Of a stretch of 63,974 nucleotides of DNA, positions 39,617-48,544 are shown in pieces (within the stretch, counting starts at the first letter, position 1; the number at the start of each line of letters is the position of its first letter). Made by a program: the position numbers and the translations under genes. The stretch spans positions 1 to 63,974 of IMG/VR virus record IMGVR_UViG_3300016484_000411, one strand, 5' to 3'. The notes under the pieces were generated by a model, which had not been told where the DNA came from, made no database searches, and saw nothing but the letters and a program-made list of their open reading frames with translations. Source of the DNA: a virus. Its lineage: Duplodnaviria; Caudoviricetes.

Positions 39617-42415
39617 ATGGCTGATAATAAAATATTTGTATCACCAGGTGTATTCACATCAGAAAAAGATTTAACATTTGTTGCACAACAGGTCGGTGTG
39701 ACAACTTTAGGCGTTGTTGGTGAAACCCTTAAAGGTCCTGCATTTGAACCTATTTTCATCACTGGTTATGATGAATATGTTGCATTATTTGGTGGGACTA
39801 GTCCTAAAACTTTAGGCAACAAAAAACCTCAATTTGAAACATCTTATATTGCTAAGCAATATTTAACACAATCTAATCAATTATTTGTAACTAGAGTTCT
39901 TGGTTTAACTGGATATGACGCCGGTAGTGCATGGATTATCACATCAAGTGCTAATTATGACCCATCAACTGTTAACGTAGGTCCTACATATAACTTTACT
40001 GGTTCAACAGATTCCACTGGTACTACATCTAATTTTGGTGATGCTGGTGCTGGTGAGGCTCAATTTTTGTATAATACTTACGGAGGTTTTGATACTCAAT
40101 TACCTGCAGCAGTAGGTACACCTTTCAGTTTACAACAAACATGGACTAAAGTGGGTTCTTATTTTACAGGTTCTAGTTTAGTTGGTGAGGTCACTACTTA
40201 CGATTCTGTGGCATTCTCTGGAACTGTTTCTGGTGTTGTAACAACTTATACAGCCTCAGCCTATACACAATATGAGAATAAGGTTTTAGCCATGATTAGA
40301 TCTAGAGCTACAGTATCTAACGACCAATTATCATTTAATGTAGGTCAAATTGTAAATGGTTTAGTAGGTGATATGACAAATACATTAACAAATCCATTAG
40401 GTTCTTTTACATTAACTGCGTATACTTCAGGGTTCACTAGTAATGTTATTTACGACGCTTCTTTAGATTCTACACAAAGAAATTATTTACCTAGAGTTAT
40501 TGGTTATACTCCTACAGATAAAAATACTGAGATTTGGGTTGAAGAACTTTACCCTAATTTGTTAACTGATATGATCAATAATGATTATATTTTAGGTCTT
40601 AACACAAAATTATTATACATCAACAATTTTGATAACTACCAACAAAGTTATCAAACACCAGAAACTCCTTGGGTTGTTTCAGAATTACGTGGTAATATTG
40701 TTGAAAAATTGTTTAAATCTATATCAATTTCTGATGGTAGTATGGCTAACCAAGAAGTTAAGATTTCTATTCAAAGAATTGATGTTGAAAATAAAACTTT
40801 TGATATCGTAGTTAGAGAGTATTATGATACAGATGCTAGACCATCAGTTCTAGAAAGATTCTCTAAATGTTCAATGGACCCTAGTTCTAGTAACTATGTA
40901 GCATTAAGAGTTGGTACTGCTGATGGTGAATTCCCATTAAAAAGTAGATACATCATGTTGGTTGTTAACCCTAACGCTCCTATCGATGCATTCCCAGCAG
41001 GGTTCGAAGGATATAGAGTTAGAGATTATAACCCAACAAATACTTCAGATGTTGTATTACCTCCAACACTTATCTACAAAAAAGTTTATGATTTAACTAA
41101 TGATAAATTAAGAAAAGTTTATTTAGGTTTATCTGATACTACAGGTATTGACCAAAACATGTTTAACTGGAAAGGTTACGCAACAGTCCCTAATTCATCA
41201 TATATGTGGACAGCAAGTACTAAAGGTTTCCACATGGATAGTGGAGCTACAATAGCTGGTAATTTTGAGGTTGGTGAGTTCGCGTTCAGAGATACTGCAA
41301 GTATTACTAACACAACTTACTCTAGTATTAACGCTTGTAAATTTACAGTAGCACCTTACTTAGGGTTTGATGGTTGGAATGTTAACAGAGAAAATACATT
41401 AACACCAAGAACAAACTTAGACAGATATAAAGTAGGTAGATCAGGATTTAACGCTGGTTTAGCTTCAGGTGAATTTGAACAAATTGGTTCTACTGATGGT
41501 ACTTCTGATTACTACGCATACTTAAACGCTATTAGAACATTCGCTAATCCTGAAAGTGTAAATATTAACGTGTTCGCAACACCAGGAATCGATTACCAAG
41601 ATAACTTAAATCTTGTTGATGAGACAATCAGTATGATTGAAGAGGAAAGAGCTGATTCAATTTATATTGTAACATCACCTGATAGATACGCTTACTCAAC
41701 TAGTTCATTCGATTTAATTGGTTTAGGATTCTCAACACCTGATGTTATTACATCTGAAGAAATTGTTGATATTCTAGACGCAGCAGGACTTGATTCTAAC
41801 TACACTGCCACTTACTGGCCTTGGATTCAGATGAAAGATAGAGAAAATAATGTTAATATTTTCCTTCCTCCTACATTAGAAGTAGTTAAAGATATCGCAT
41901 TAACAGATAATATTTCATTCCCTTGGTTCGCAACAGCTGGTTACACTAGAGGTAGAACTGAAGCTATTCAACCAAGAATTAAATTAACTGAAGGAATGAG
42001 AGATACTCTTTATGAAGGTAGAATTAATCCAATGGCTTACTTCTCTGACGAAGGTACATTAATCTGGGGTAACAAAAATTTACAAGTTGCTGATTCAGCT
42101 CTTGATAGATTAAACATTAGAAGATTGTTGTTACAAACAAGAAAATTAATTTCAGCGGTAGCTATTAGATTATTGTTTGAACAAAATGATCAAATTGTTA
42201 GAAATCAATTCTTAAACTTGGTTAACCCTATTTTGGATAACATTAGAAAAGAAAGAGGTTTAACTGACTTTAGAGTTCAATTATCTAATGACCCAGAAGA
42301 AATAGATAATAATGAATTAAGAGGTAAGATATTTATTAAACCAGTACCTACATTAGAATATATCATACTTGAATTCAATGTAACGCCTACTGGAGCTAGT
42401 TTCGATAACCTATAA
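39617..42415 (+). CDS. Contractile tail sheath protein (T4 gp18-like)
   Basis: FVSPGVFTSEKD, GETLKGPAFEP, YWPWI, PWFATAG..RG, LYEGRINP, WGNKNLQ..SALDRLNIRRLL. Confidence 0.95.
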   Translation: MADNKIFVSPGVFTSEKDLTFVAQQVGVTTLGVVGETLKGPAFEPIFITGYDEYVALFGGTSPKTLGNKKPQFETSYIAKQYLTQSNQLFVTRVLGLTGYDAGSAWIITSSANYDPSTVNVGPTYNFTGSTDSTGTTSNFGDAGAGEAQFLYNTYGGFDTQLPAAVGTPFSLQQTWTKVGSYFTGSSLVGEVTTYDSVAFSGTVSGVVTTYTASAYTQYENKVLAMIRSRATVSNDQLSFNVGQIVNGLVGDMTNTLTNPLGSFTLTAYTSGFTSNVIYDASLDSTQRNYLPRVIGYTPTDKNTEIWVEELYPNLLTDMINNDYILGLNTKLLYINNFDNYQQSYQTPETPWVVSELRGNIVEKLFKSISISDGSMANQEVKISIQRIDVENKTFDIVVREYYDTDARPSVLERFSKCSMDPSSSNYVALRVGTADGEFPLKSRYIMLVVNPNAPIDAFPAGFEGYRVRDYNPTNTSDVVLPPTLIYKKVYDLTNDKLRKVYLGLSDTTGIDQNMFNWKGYATVPNSSYMWTASTKGFHMDSGATIAGNFEVGEFAFRDTASITNTTYSSINACKFTVAPYLGFDGWNVNRENTLTPRTNLDRYKVGRSGFNAGLASGEFEQIGSTDGTSDYYAYLNAIRTFANPESVNINVFATPGIDYQDNLNLVDETISMIEEERADSIYIVTSPDRYAYSTSSFDLIGLGFSTPDVITSEEIVDILDAAGLDSNYTATYWPWIQMKDRENNVNIFLPPTLEVVKDIALTDNISFPWFATAGYTRGRTEAIQPRIKLTEGMRDTLYEGRINPMAYFSDEGTLIWGNKNLQVADSALDRLNIRRLLLQTRKLISAVAIRLLFEQNDQIVRNQFLNLVNPILDNIRKERGLTDFRVQLSNDPEEIDNNELRGKIFIKPVPTLEYIILEFNVTPTGASFDNL

Positions 42416-42431
42416 TTTTTTAAAATAAATT

Positions 42432-42463
42432 AAATGGGTAACAAATTGTTACCCATTTTTTTT
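42432..42463 (+). terminator. Intrinsic terminator after sheath
   Basis: AAATGGGTAACAA-A-TTGTTACCCATTT followed by a T run. Confidence 0.85.
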
Positions 42464-42531
42464 GTCTTTACTTTTTTAATGTATATTATGATATTTATAT
42501 ATAAAGGGATAACTTATATAAATATTATACC

Positions 42532-44007
42532 ATGAAAATAAAATTAATTTGTAAACAATGTGAAAAAGAATTTGATACTGAATATAAGTTCAGAGATAAA
42601 AAATTTTGTTCAAGAGATTGTTACTTTAATAGTGCTCGTCAAGGAAAAATAAAAACTGGTAAAAGCAAAGACCCAAATGTGAGAGAAACTAGAAACTGTA
42701 AAGTTTGTAATACTGAATTTGAGGTTAGGAAAAAGGACCCTAAAACTATGTGTTCTGATAAATGTAGAGTTGAATGGGGTAGTAGCGATACTATTAAAGA
42801 AAAGAGGTTAGATAGTATAAAAAAAACAACACAAGAAAAATATGGTGTTAACCACATATGGAATTTAAAAGAAATACATAAAAAAACTATAATAAATCGT
42901 GATAAACAATTATCAGTAGAAAGACAAAAAAATACACTAAGAGAAAAACATTTAGTTAATTTAATTAAAAATTTATCTAATCAAAATTTAGTCTTGCTGG
43001 ATGAATACACTACCAATAAAAACGGTAATACTTCTATATCTTATAACTTTTGTTGTACAACTTGTGGTAAAAATTTTCATTCAACTTTATTAGGTTGCGG
43101 TAGAATACCAAAATGTCCAAAATGTTACCCGAATACTAAAAATAATTCTTTAGAATTATTCATAACAGAATTTTTAGATAATAATAACATTAAATATATT
43201 ACTAATACTAGAAAAATAATAAGTAAAGAGTTAGATATTTACATACCTACACACAATTTAGCCATAGAATTAAATGGTATGTATTGGCATGGTGAATTAA
43301 ATGGTAAAAACAGAAATTATCATTTGAATAAAACAAAAGAATGTTATGAAAAAGGGATTAGATTGTTACATATATTTGATGAGGAAATAGAGACAAAACC
43401 ACAAATAGTACTATCAAAATTATCTAATATATTGGGTTTAATATCTAATAAAATTTATGCAAGAAATTGTGTTATTAAAGAAGTTGATAGTAAAACTAAA
43501 AAACAATTTTTAATAAACAATCACATTCAAGGAGACACAAAAGATAAAATAAGATTAGGGTTATATTATAAAGATGAATTAGTGTCTTTAATAACATTTA
43601 CTAATCGTAAAATAACCAAAGGTAAGTCCACTTGGGAAATAACTAGATTTGCATCAAAAATAAATTATCAAGTTGTTGGTGGGTTTTCCAAATTATTTAA
43701 ATATTTTATTAAAAATTATGAACATAAAAGAATTGTTACATTTGCTGATTTACGTTGGTCTTCATATAATCATTTAAATACTGTTTATAACAAAAATGGG
43801 TTTACATATGAATCACACACAAAACCGTCATATTGGTATTTTTTTAGACCTTATAATGATAAAAAATATCATCGTTTTACTTTTAGAAAAGATTTATTAG
43901 TTAAAGAAGGTTTTGACCCAGATAAAACAGAATGGGAAATTATGCAGGAACGTGGATTTGATAGAATATGGGATTGTGGTAATATTAAATTTATATACGA
44001 ACAATAA
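42532..44007 (+). CDS. Hef-like free-standing endonuclease: Zn-fingers, Vsr/DUF559-like nuclease and GNAT/Mom-like C-terminal domain (paralog 1)
   Basis: CxxC..FCSxxC fingers; ELDIYIP..LAIELNGMYWH; NHIQG, EITRF, TFADLR, RIWDCG. Confidence 0.8.
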   Translation: MKIKLICKQCEKEFDTEYKFRDKKFCSRDCYFNSARQGKIKTGKSKDPNVRETRNCKVCNTEFEVRKKDPKTMCSDKCRVEWGSSDTIKEKRLDSIKKTTQEKYGVNHIWNLKEIHKKTIINRDKQLSVERQKNTLREKHLVNLIKNLSNQNLVLLDEYTTNKNGNTSISYNFCCTTCGKNFHSTLLGCGRIPKCPKCYPNTKNNSLELFITEFLDNNNIKYITNTRKIISKELDIYIPTHNLAIELNGMYWHGELNGKNRNYHLNKTKECYEKGIRLLHIFDEEIETKPQIVLSKLSNILGLISNKIYARNCVIKEVDSKTKKQFLINNHIQGDTKDKIRLGLYYKDELVSLITFTNRKITKGKSTWEITRFASKINYQVVGGFSKLFKYFIKNYEHKRIVTFADLRWSSYNHLNTVYNKNGFTYESHTKPSYWYFFRPYNDKKYHRFTFRKDLLVKEGFDPDKTEWEIMQERGFDRIWDCGNIKFIYEQ

Positions 44008-44050
44008 ATTTTTATAAAAAAACGGCATATTTATAAATAAAAAAGAAATT

Positions 44051-44497
44051 ATGTCAAAAATTATAACAAAAAGACAGTTAAATACCTTAATCGAATCTAC
44101 AATGATGGAGTATGGTATGAACAAAAATGAAGATCCAAACGAATCTAATCCTAATGAAATGTCACAGGAAGATATTGATAACGCTACTAATTATGTATCA
44201 TATATGAAAGAAGATACTATGTGTGAATGTGGTGGTATGATGTATGAAGGTGTTTGTGAAGAGTGTGGGTCAACTGGTGAACACATGGAAGAAGAATTAC
44301 ATGGTAATCAATACAAGTTGGATAAAAACAAAAATAATAAGATTGATTCTGAAGATTTAGAAATGTTGAGAAAAGAAGGTTCTGTTGAGGTGTCTGTTAA
44401 TGATTTAGCTGAATCTGTTACAAAAACTATTGATACATCATTCTTAACTGAAAATATGGATAATTTTAAAAAATTAATTAATTATAAAAACAAGTAA
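44051..44497 (+). CDS. Acidic putative head protein with Cys cluster and EF-hand-like loop
   Basis: CECGG..CEECG; DKNKNNKIDSED; LIES leader. Confidence 0.6.
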   Translation: MSKIITKRQLNTLIESTMMEYGMNKNEDPNESNPNEMSQEDIDNATNYVSYMKEDTMCECGGMMYEGVCEECGSTGEHMEEELHGNQYKLDKNKNNKIDSEDLEMLRKEGSVEVSVNDLAESVTKTIDTSFLTENMDNFKKLINYKNK

Positions 44498-44501
44498 AAA
44501 T

Positions 44502-45086
44502 ATGAAAACTAGATATAAAATCAGAAAAGAACAACTAGAAAGAGTTGTTGAGTCTTTTGTAATGGAATCTACAGAAGGTAAAATGATAGTTAAAGACGCT
44601 GCCAAAAAACATAAAATGAATATGGGAGCTGAACAACATGATGATATGGGTGACGGAATGAAAAAAGCTCCAGTTAACAAAAAAAATAAAATGAAACAAG
44701 CTCCTGAAGTTAAGAAAAACATTCATGGAAAAGTTTCTGAAACGGAAATTAAAATGTTTGCTCAAATTAATAATTTAACTGAATCTGAGGTTGTTAGAAG
44801 AATTGAATTACTTAGAGAATATGATGAACAAGCTTTTATGAAACAGTTTAATATTACTGTTAAAAGTTCGTACCCTAAATTGACTGGTAAAAAAGCTTCT
44901 GATGAAGAAGTAGAAGAATTATATCAAAAAGCTAAAGCTAATGATTTTGAAGGTAAAGTGGAGATAACTAAAAAAGGTCCTGAAGGTCAATTAGTTTATG
45001 TTTCATCTAAAGAAGTTACAGGTAAAACTGCTAAACTTCCTTGGTGGAAACGTGTTGGTGGTTCAGACCAAACTTCTGGTAAATAA
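44502..45086 (+). CDS. Hypothetical protein, putative internal head protein
   Basis: VVES/VMES/LTES motifs; highly charged. Confidence 0.65.
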   Translation: MKTRYKIRKEQLERVVESFVMESTEGKMIVKDAAKKHKMNMGAEQHDDMGDGMKKAPVNKKNKMKQAPEVKKNIHGKVSETEIKMFAQINNLTESEVVRRIELLREYDEQAFMKQFNITVKSSYPKLTGKKASDEEVEELYQKAKANDFEGKVEITKKGPEGQLVYVSSKEVTGKTAKLPWWKRVGGSDQTSGK

Positions 45087-45105
45087 TAAAATTATTATAT
45101 ATAAT

Positions 45106-45133
45106 AAAAGGGGGTTATTAACCCCCTTTTTTT
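45106..45133. terminator. Bidirectional terminator between convergent genes
   Basis: AAAAGGGGGTTATTAACCCCCTTTTTTT. Confidence 0.9.
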
Positions 45134-45563
45134 ATTTTTGTGAAATAGCATCATAAAGTTCTCCGATATTAATATGGTTAAGTCTATCTAAATGACGTTC
45201 AAAAATAAAATCATGTTTAGTTAAAAAATCACCATTACCACGATACAAAGCAACATTAACTTTAAGGATTCTAATACACCATGTAACATTCTTTTTTCTT
45301 TTATTAACCATGTAAATAAAAAATAAAACAGGTAGTAATGATATAAGACCATACAATGGAAAACTCATAATAGAAACAATAGCTAAACCAATAGACCCGA
45401 AAAGGTTTTTTCTCATTAAAACATATTTGTCATAATATTTAATCAAACTATCTACATCATCAGATAATATTTTATTTATCATCTCAATTTTAGTTAAACT
45501 ATTAAACTGTTCTTCAGTTAAATCACTATAAGGAATTCCTTTATATTTATCTTCTATTTTCAT
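45132..45563 (-). CDS. Small membrane protein (about 2 TM segments)
   Basis: Hydrophobic LFGSIGLAIVSIMSFPLYGLISLLPVLFFIYMV followed by NKRKK. Confidence 0.65.
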   Translation of the reverse strand: MKIEDKYKGIPYSDLTEEQFNSLTKIEMINKILSDDVDSLIKYYDKYVLMRKNLFGSIGLAIVSIMSFPLYGLISLLPVLFFIYMVNKRKKNVTWCIRILKVNVALYRGNGDFLTKHDFIFERHLDRLNHINIGELYDAISQK

Positions 45564-45591
45564 GTCTAATTAATTTATACTAATATAAAAA

Positions 45592-45969
45592 TTATTTTTC
45601 AAACCACAATCGTTTTATTTTAATATTTTTTAAAATATCATAATTATTTTCATTTAAAAGTCCTTTAGTGTTGAAAAATGTTTTTAATATTTCAAATTCT
45701 TTTATTTTCTCAGTTCTTACAGCATTTTTAAAACTAGCAATAATAAAGGTAACGAACCAAATAAATAACGTACCTAACCAAATAAACTTGGGTTGATTAA
45801 ACAACCAAAGTAAAATAGATAGGGAAAATAATATCCTAGAATGCTTCAAATAATAAATAACTAAATCACATAAACCATTAATTTCATCTACTCTATCCTC
45901 AAATAATGAAAACATATCATGTTCATTTGTTATATCTTCTTCTATACTTTTCTTATAAATGTTTTTCAT
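45592..45969 (-). CDS. Small membrane protein (about 2 TM segments)
   Basis: ILFSLSILLWLF and FIWLGTLFIWFVTFIIASF. Confidence 0.65.
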   Translation of the reverse strand: MKNIYKKSIEEDITNEHDMFSLFEDRVDEINGLCDLVIYYLKHSRILFSLSILLWLFNQPKFIWLGTLFIWFVTFIIASFKNAVRTEKIKEFEILKTFFNTKGLLNENNYDILKNIKIKRLWFEK

Positions 45970-45982
45970 TAATTATTTTTTA

Positions 45983-45990
45983 CAAATATA
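45983..45990 (-). promoter_or_regulatory. Bacteroidota-type -7 promoter element (TAnnTTTG)
   Basis: Minus strand TATATTTG, 13 nt upstream of the 45969 start. Confidence 0.5.
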
Positions 45991-46040
45991 CTAAATATTT
46001 ATGTGTATACGAATAAAATAAATTTTAGTTACTAATAAAT

Positions 46041-46901
46041 ATGAAGAAAATAATTTTAACAGAATCACAAGAAATAAGATTAAGAAAAGCTATCTTAGAA
46101 ATGAAACTTAGGTCTTATATCTTTGACTGGGATGATAATATATTATATATGCCCACAAAAATAAAAATGGATAGAAATGTTGGTGGTAAATGGGTCCCTG
46201 TAGATGTATCTACAGAAGAATTTGCTCACGTTAGAACCAATCCTGAATATAGACTTAGAAATGATGACCGTGATGTCGCTTTTGAGGACTTCCAAAAATC
46301 AGAACCATTTTATGCTGATATAAAAAAGGCAATTAATTCTAGAAGTTTTGCTCCTAGTTTTGAGAAATTTAAAGAATCTTTAATACATGGTAATCCTTTT
46401 GGTATTAATACCGCTAGAGGTCATAAACCAGACACTTTAAAACAAGGTGTTAAACTTTTTATAGATATGGTTTTAACTGATGATGAAAAAGAACAAATGA
46501 TCTCTAATTTAAAAAATAATTTAAACAGAGTAGATGGTTTAAATAATGACCAACTTATAGATAAATACCTTGATGATATGGGTGAATATTATCCAGTATC
46601 TTCACAAGAATTTGGTAAGAGATTTGGTTTACCTGTTAGTGGTAGTGCTTCTAACCCTGAACATGCTAAACAAGTTGCTATAGAACATTTTGTTAAAAAA
46701 GTATTTAACAATATTGATAAACTGATTGATGGTGGTTATACAAAAATGTCTGTAGGGTTTTCTGATGATGATATTAGAAATGTTAAAGCTGTTGAGAGAT
46801 TTATAGAAGAACAATTAAGTATTATGTATCCTGAAATAACTTTTGTTGTATATGATACTTCTGAAAGAGGGAAACGTAAAATGGTATTTGAAATAGAATA
46901 A
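46041..46901 (+). CDS. HAD-superfamily phosphatase-like protein with a head-protein-type leader
   Basis: Motif I FDWDDN, motif II NTARG, motif III K, motif IV GFSDDD. Confidence 0.7.
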   Translation: MKKIILTESQEIRLRKAILEMKLRSYIFDWDDNILYMPTKIKMDRNVGGKWVPVDVSTEEFAHVRTNPEYRLRNDDRDVAFEDFQKSEPFYADIKKAINSRSFAPSFEKFKESLIHGNPFGINTARGHKPDTLKQGVKLFIDMVLTDDEKEQMISNLKNNLNRVDGLNNDQLIDKYLDDMGEYYPVSSQEFGKRFGLPVSGSASNPEHAKQVAIEHFVKKVFNNIDKLIDGGYTKMSVGFSDDDIRNVKAVERFIEEQLSIMYPEITFVVYDTSERGKRKMVFEIE

Positions 46902-46906
46902 AAAAT

Positions 46907-46935
46907 AAAAAGGGGGTTTATAACCCCCTTTTTTT
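46907..46935. terminator. Bidirectional terminator
   Basis: AAAAAGGGGGTTTATAACCCCCTTTTTTT between convergent genes. Confidence 0.9.
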
Positions 46936-47632
46936 ATGCTTTCTTATTGATAACCTCGTCGATTATACCATAAGATAAAGCTTCTTCGGCTGATAACCAA
47001 AGGTCTCTTTGTGCATCTTCCATTACTTGTTTAGGGTCTTTACCACAATAACCACCCAATAATTCAAATAATAAATCATTTGTTTTTTCCCATTCTTTCA
47101 TGGTAATTCTAGCATCCTGGATATTACCTCTAGTACCACCACTAGATTGGTGTAGCATAGTTTGAGAAAATCTCAATGAACTTCTCATACCTTTTGTACC
47201 AGCCCCAAGTAGTACAGAACCCATAGAAGCGGCCATACCTGTATTAATAGTTTGAATTTTATTTGGGATGTAGTCCATTACATCCACCATTGATAAACCA
47301 GATTTAACTGACCCACCTGGTGAATCGATATGCATCGTAATTGTTTTTTTAGGGTCTTGTTGGGACAAAAACAAAAGTTGAGCCTGTACAACAATAGACA
47401 TTCTATCATCAACAGGTCCTGCACACCAGATTATTCTATCCATCATCAATCTTGAGAACACGTCCATTAAAGCCACATTCATTTGCCTTTCTTCTACGAT
47501 GTTAGGTGTTACATTATTGATTGTTAAACCCCCTCTTTGGTTGTATAACGAATCTTGTAGTTTACCCCAATAATCTAAGGTACTAGACCCAATGCCTAAA
47601 TGGCTTACACAATATTTATTAAATTCATCCAT
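46934..47632 (-). CDS. clpP: ClpP protease subunit, Bacteroidota-type N-terminus
   Basis: DVFSRLMMDRII, IDSPGGSV; triad intact: GMAASMG (Ser), MLHQ (His), RDLWL (Asp). Confidence 0.95.
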   Translation of the reverse strand: MDEFNKYCVSHLGIGSSTLDYWGKLQDSLYNQRGGLTINNVTPNIVEERQMNVALMDVFSRLMMDRIIWCAGPVDDRMSIVVQAQLLFLSQQDPKKTITMHIDSPGGSVKSGLSMVDVMDYIPNKIQTINTGMAASMGSVLLGAGTKGMRSSLRFSQTMLHQSSGGTRGNIQDARITMKEWEKTNDLLFELLGGYCGKDPKQVMEDAQRDLWLSAEEALSYGIIDEVINKKA

Positions 47633-47641
47633 ATTATTTAT

Positions 47642-48322
47642 TTATTTGTTAATTTTAAACCAATTTTCATATTTTTTAGATTTTAATCTATTTTTAACGA
47701 TATGTCTAGCTATATTTAATTTTTCAGAAGCCTCTTTTATTGTATCATATTCAATACCATCTACACTAACTTTTTGTGACCTGGGATTATTATTAGTCAT
47801 AAATTGTGAATGTTTATCATTTTTAATCCCTAGTTTTTTTAAACTAATTTTAATCTTGGTATCTTGGCTATGAGTTCTGCCAACTTTACCTTTTAATGAC
47901 TCACTTATATTTTTTTTATGTTCTTCAGTAAATATTTTATTTTTTCCAGATTCTGACATTTTTTCTCTAGTTTTTTTATCAATAAATTTACCTTTTTGTT
48001 TTTGTGAAACTTTTTTCATTATTTCACGTATCTCTTCTTCTGATTTATTTACTGTCCAGTCACCACCGTCACCACCTTTAGTTAAATTATAACCATCATT
48101 ATTTGTATTATACTTACAAATATAATAAATTTCTCGTTCATTTAATATATTTTCAGGTATATTTTCTTCTAAAATAATTCTTTTAAATATGTCTCTACCA
48201 TGTTTATTAGCTATTTTATTAGGTATAATACCACCTGACCAGTAGCTTTTATATTTACCATTATGTTTACCAATATATTTTTTATAATTCCTTCTATCAA
48301 TTAACATGTAAATGTAACCCAT
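47642..48322 (-). CDS. Free-standing GIY-YIG homing endonuclease with NUMOD3-type repeats
   Basis: YIY...KYIGKH, EREIYYI, GYNLTKGGDG, HSQDTK, YDTIKEAS. Confidence 0.88.
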   Translation of the reverse strand: MGYIYMLIDRRNYKKYIGKHNGKYKSYWSGGIIPNKIANKHGRDIFKRIILEENIPENILNEREIYYICKYNTNNDGYNLTKGGDGGDWTVNKSEEEIREIMKKVSQKQKGKFIDKKTREKMSESGKNKIFTEEHKKNISESLKGKVGRTHSQDTKIKISLKKLGIKNDKHSQFMTNNNPRSQKVSVDGIEYDTIKEASEKLNIARHIVKNRLKSKKYENWFKINK

Positions 48323-48520
48323 ATTTATTTTATTATATAAATATGTCCATCATTAATTATTTTTTTAAAGGTTATATACAAACAAGTATAGAACTTTTTT
48401 TATGAATAGTCTATACGCTATTTAATTTATTTTAATGATTTTAAATAAGAACACTTTTTAAAATTATAGGATATTTATGATAAACACTTAACTATAATCA
48501 AAATATTAATAGTGAGTTCA

Positions 48521-48544
48521 ATTAATACATTAATACATTAATAA
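48521..48544 (+). repeat. 8-nt tandem repeat ATTAATAC x3 (last copy imperfect) abutting the start codon
   Basis: attaatac attaatac attaataa ATG. Confidence 0.8.
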
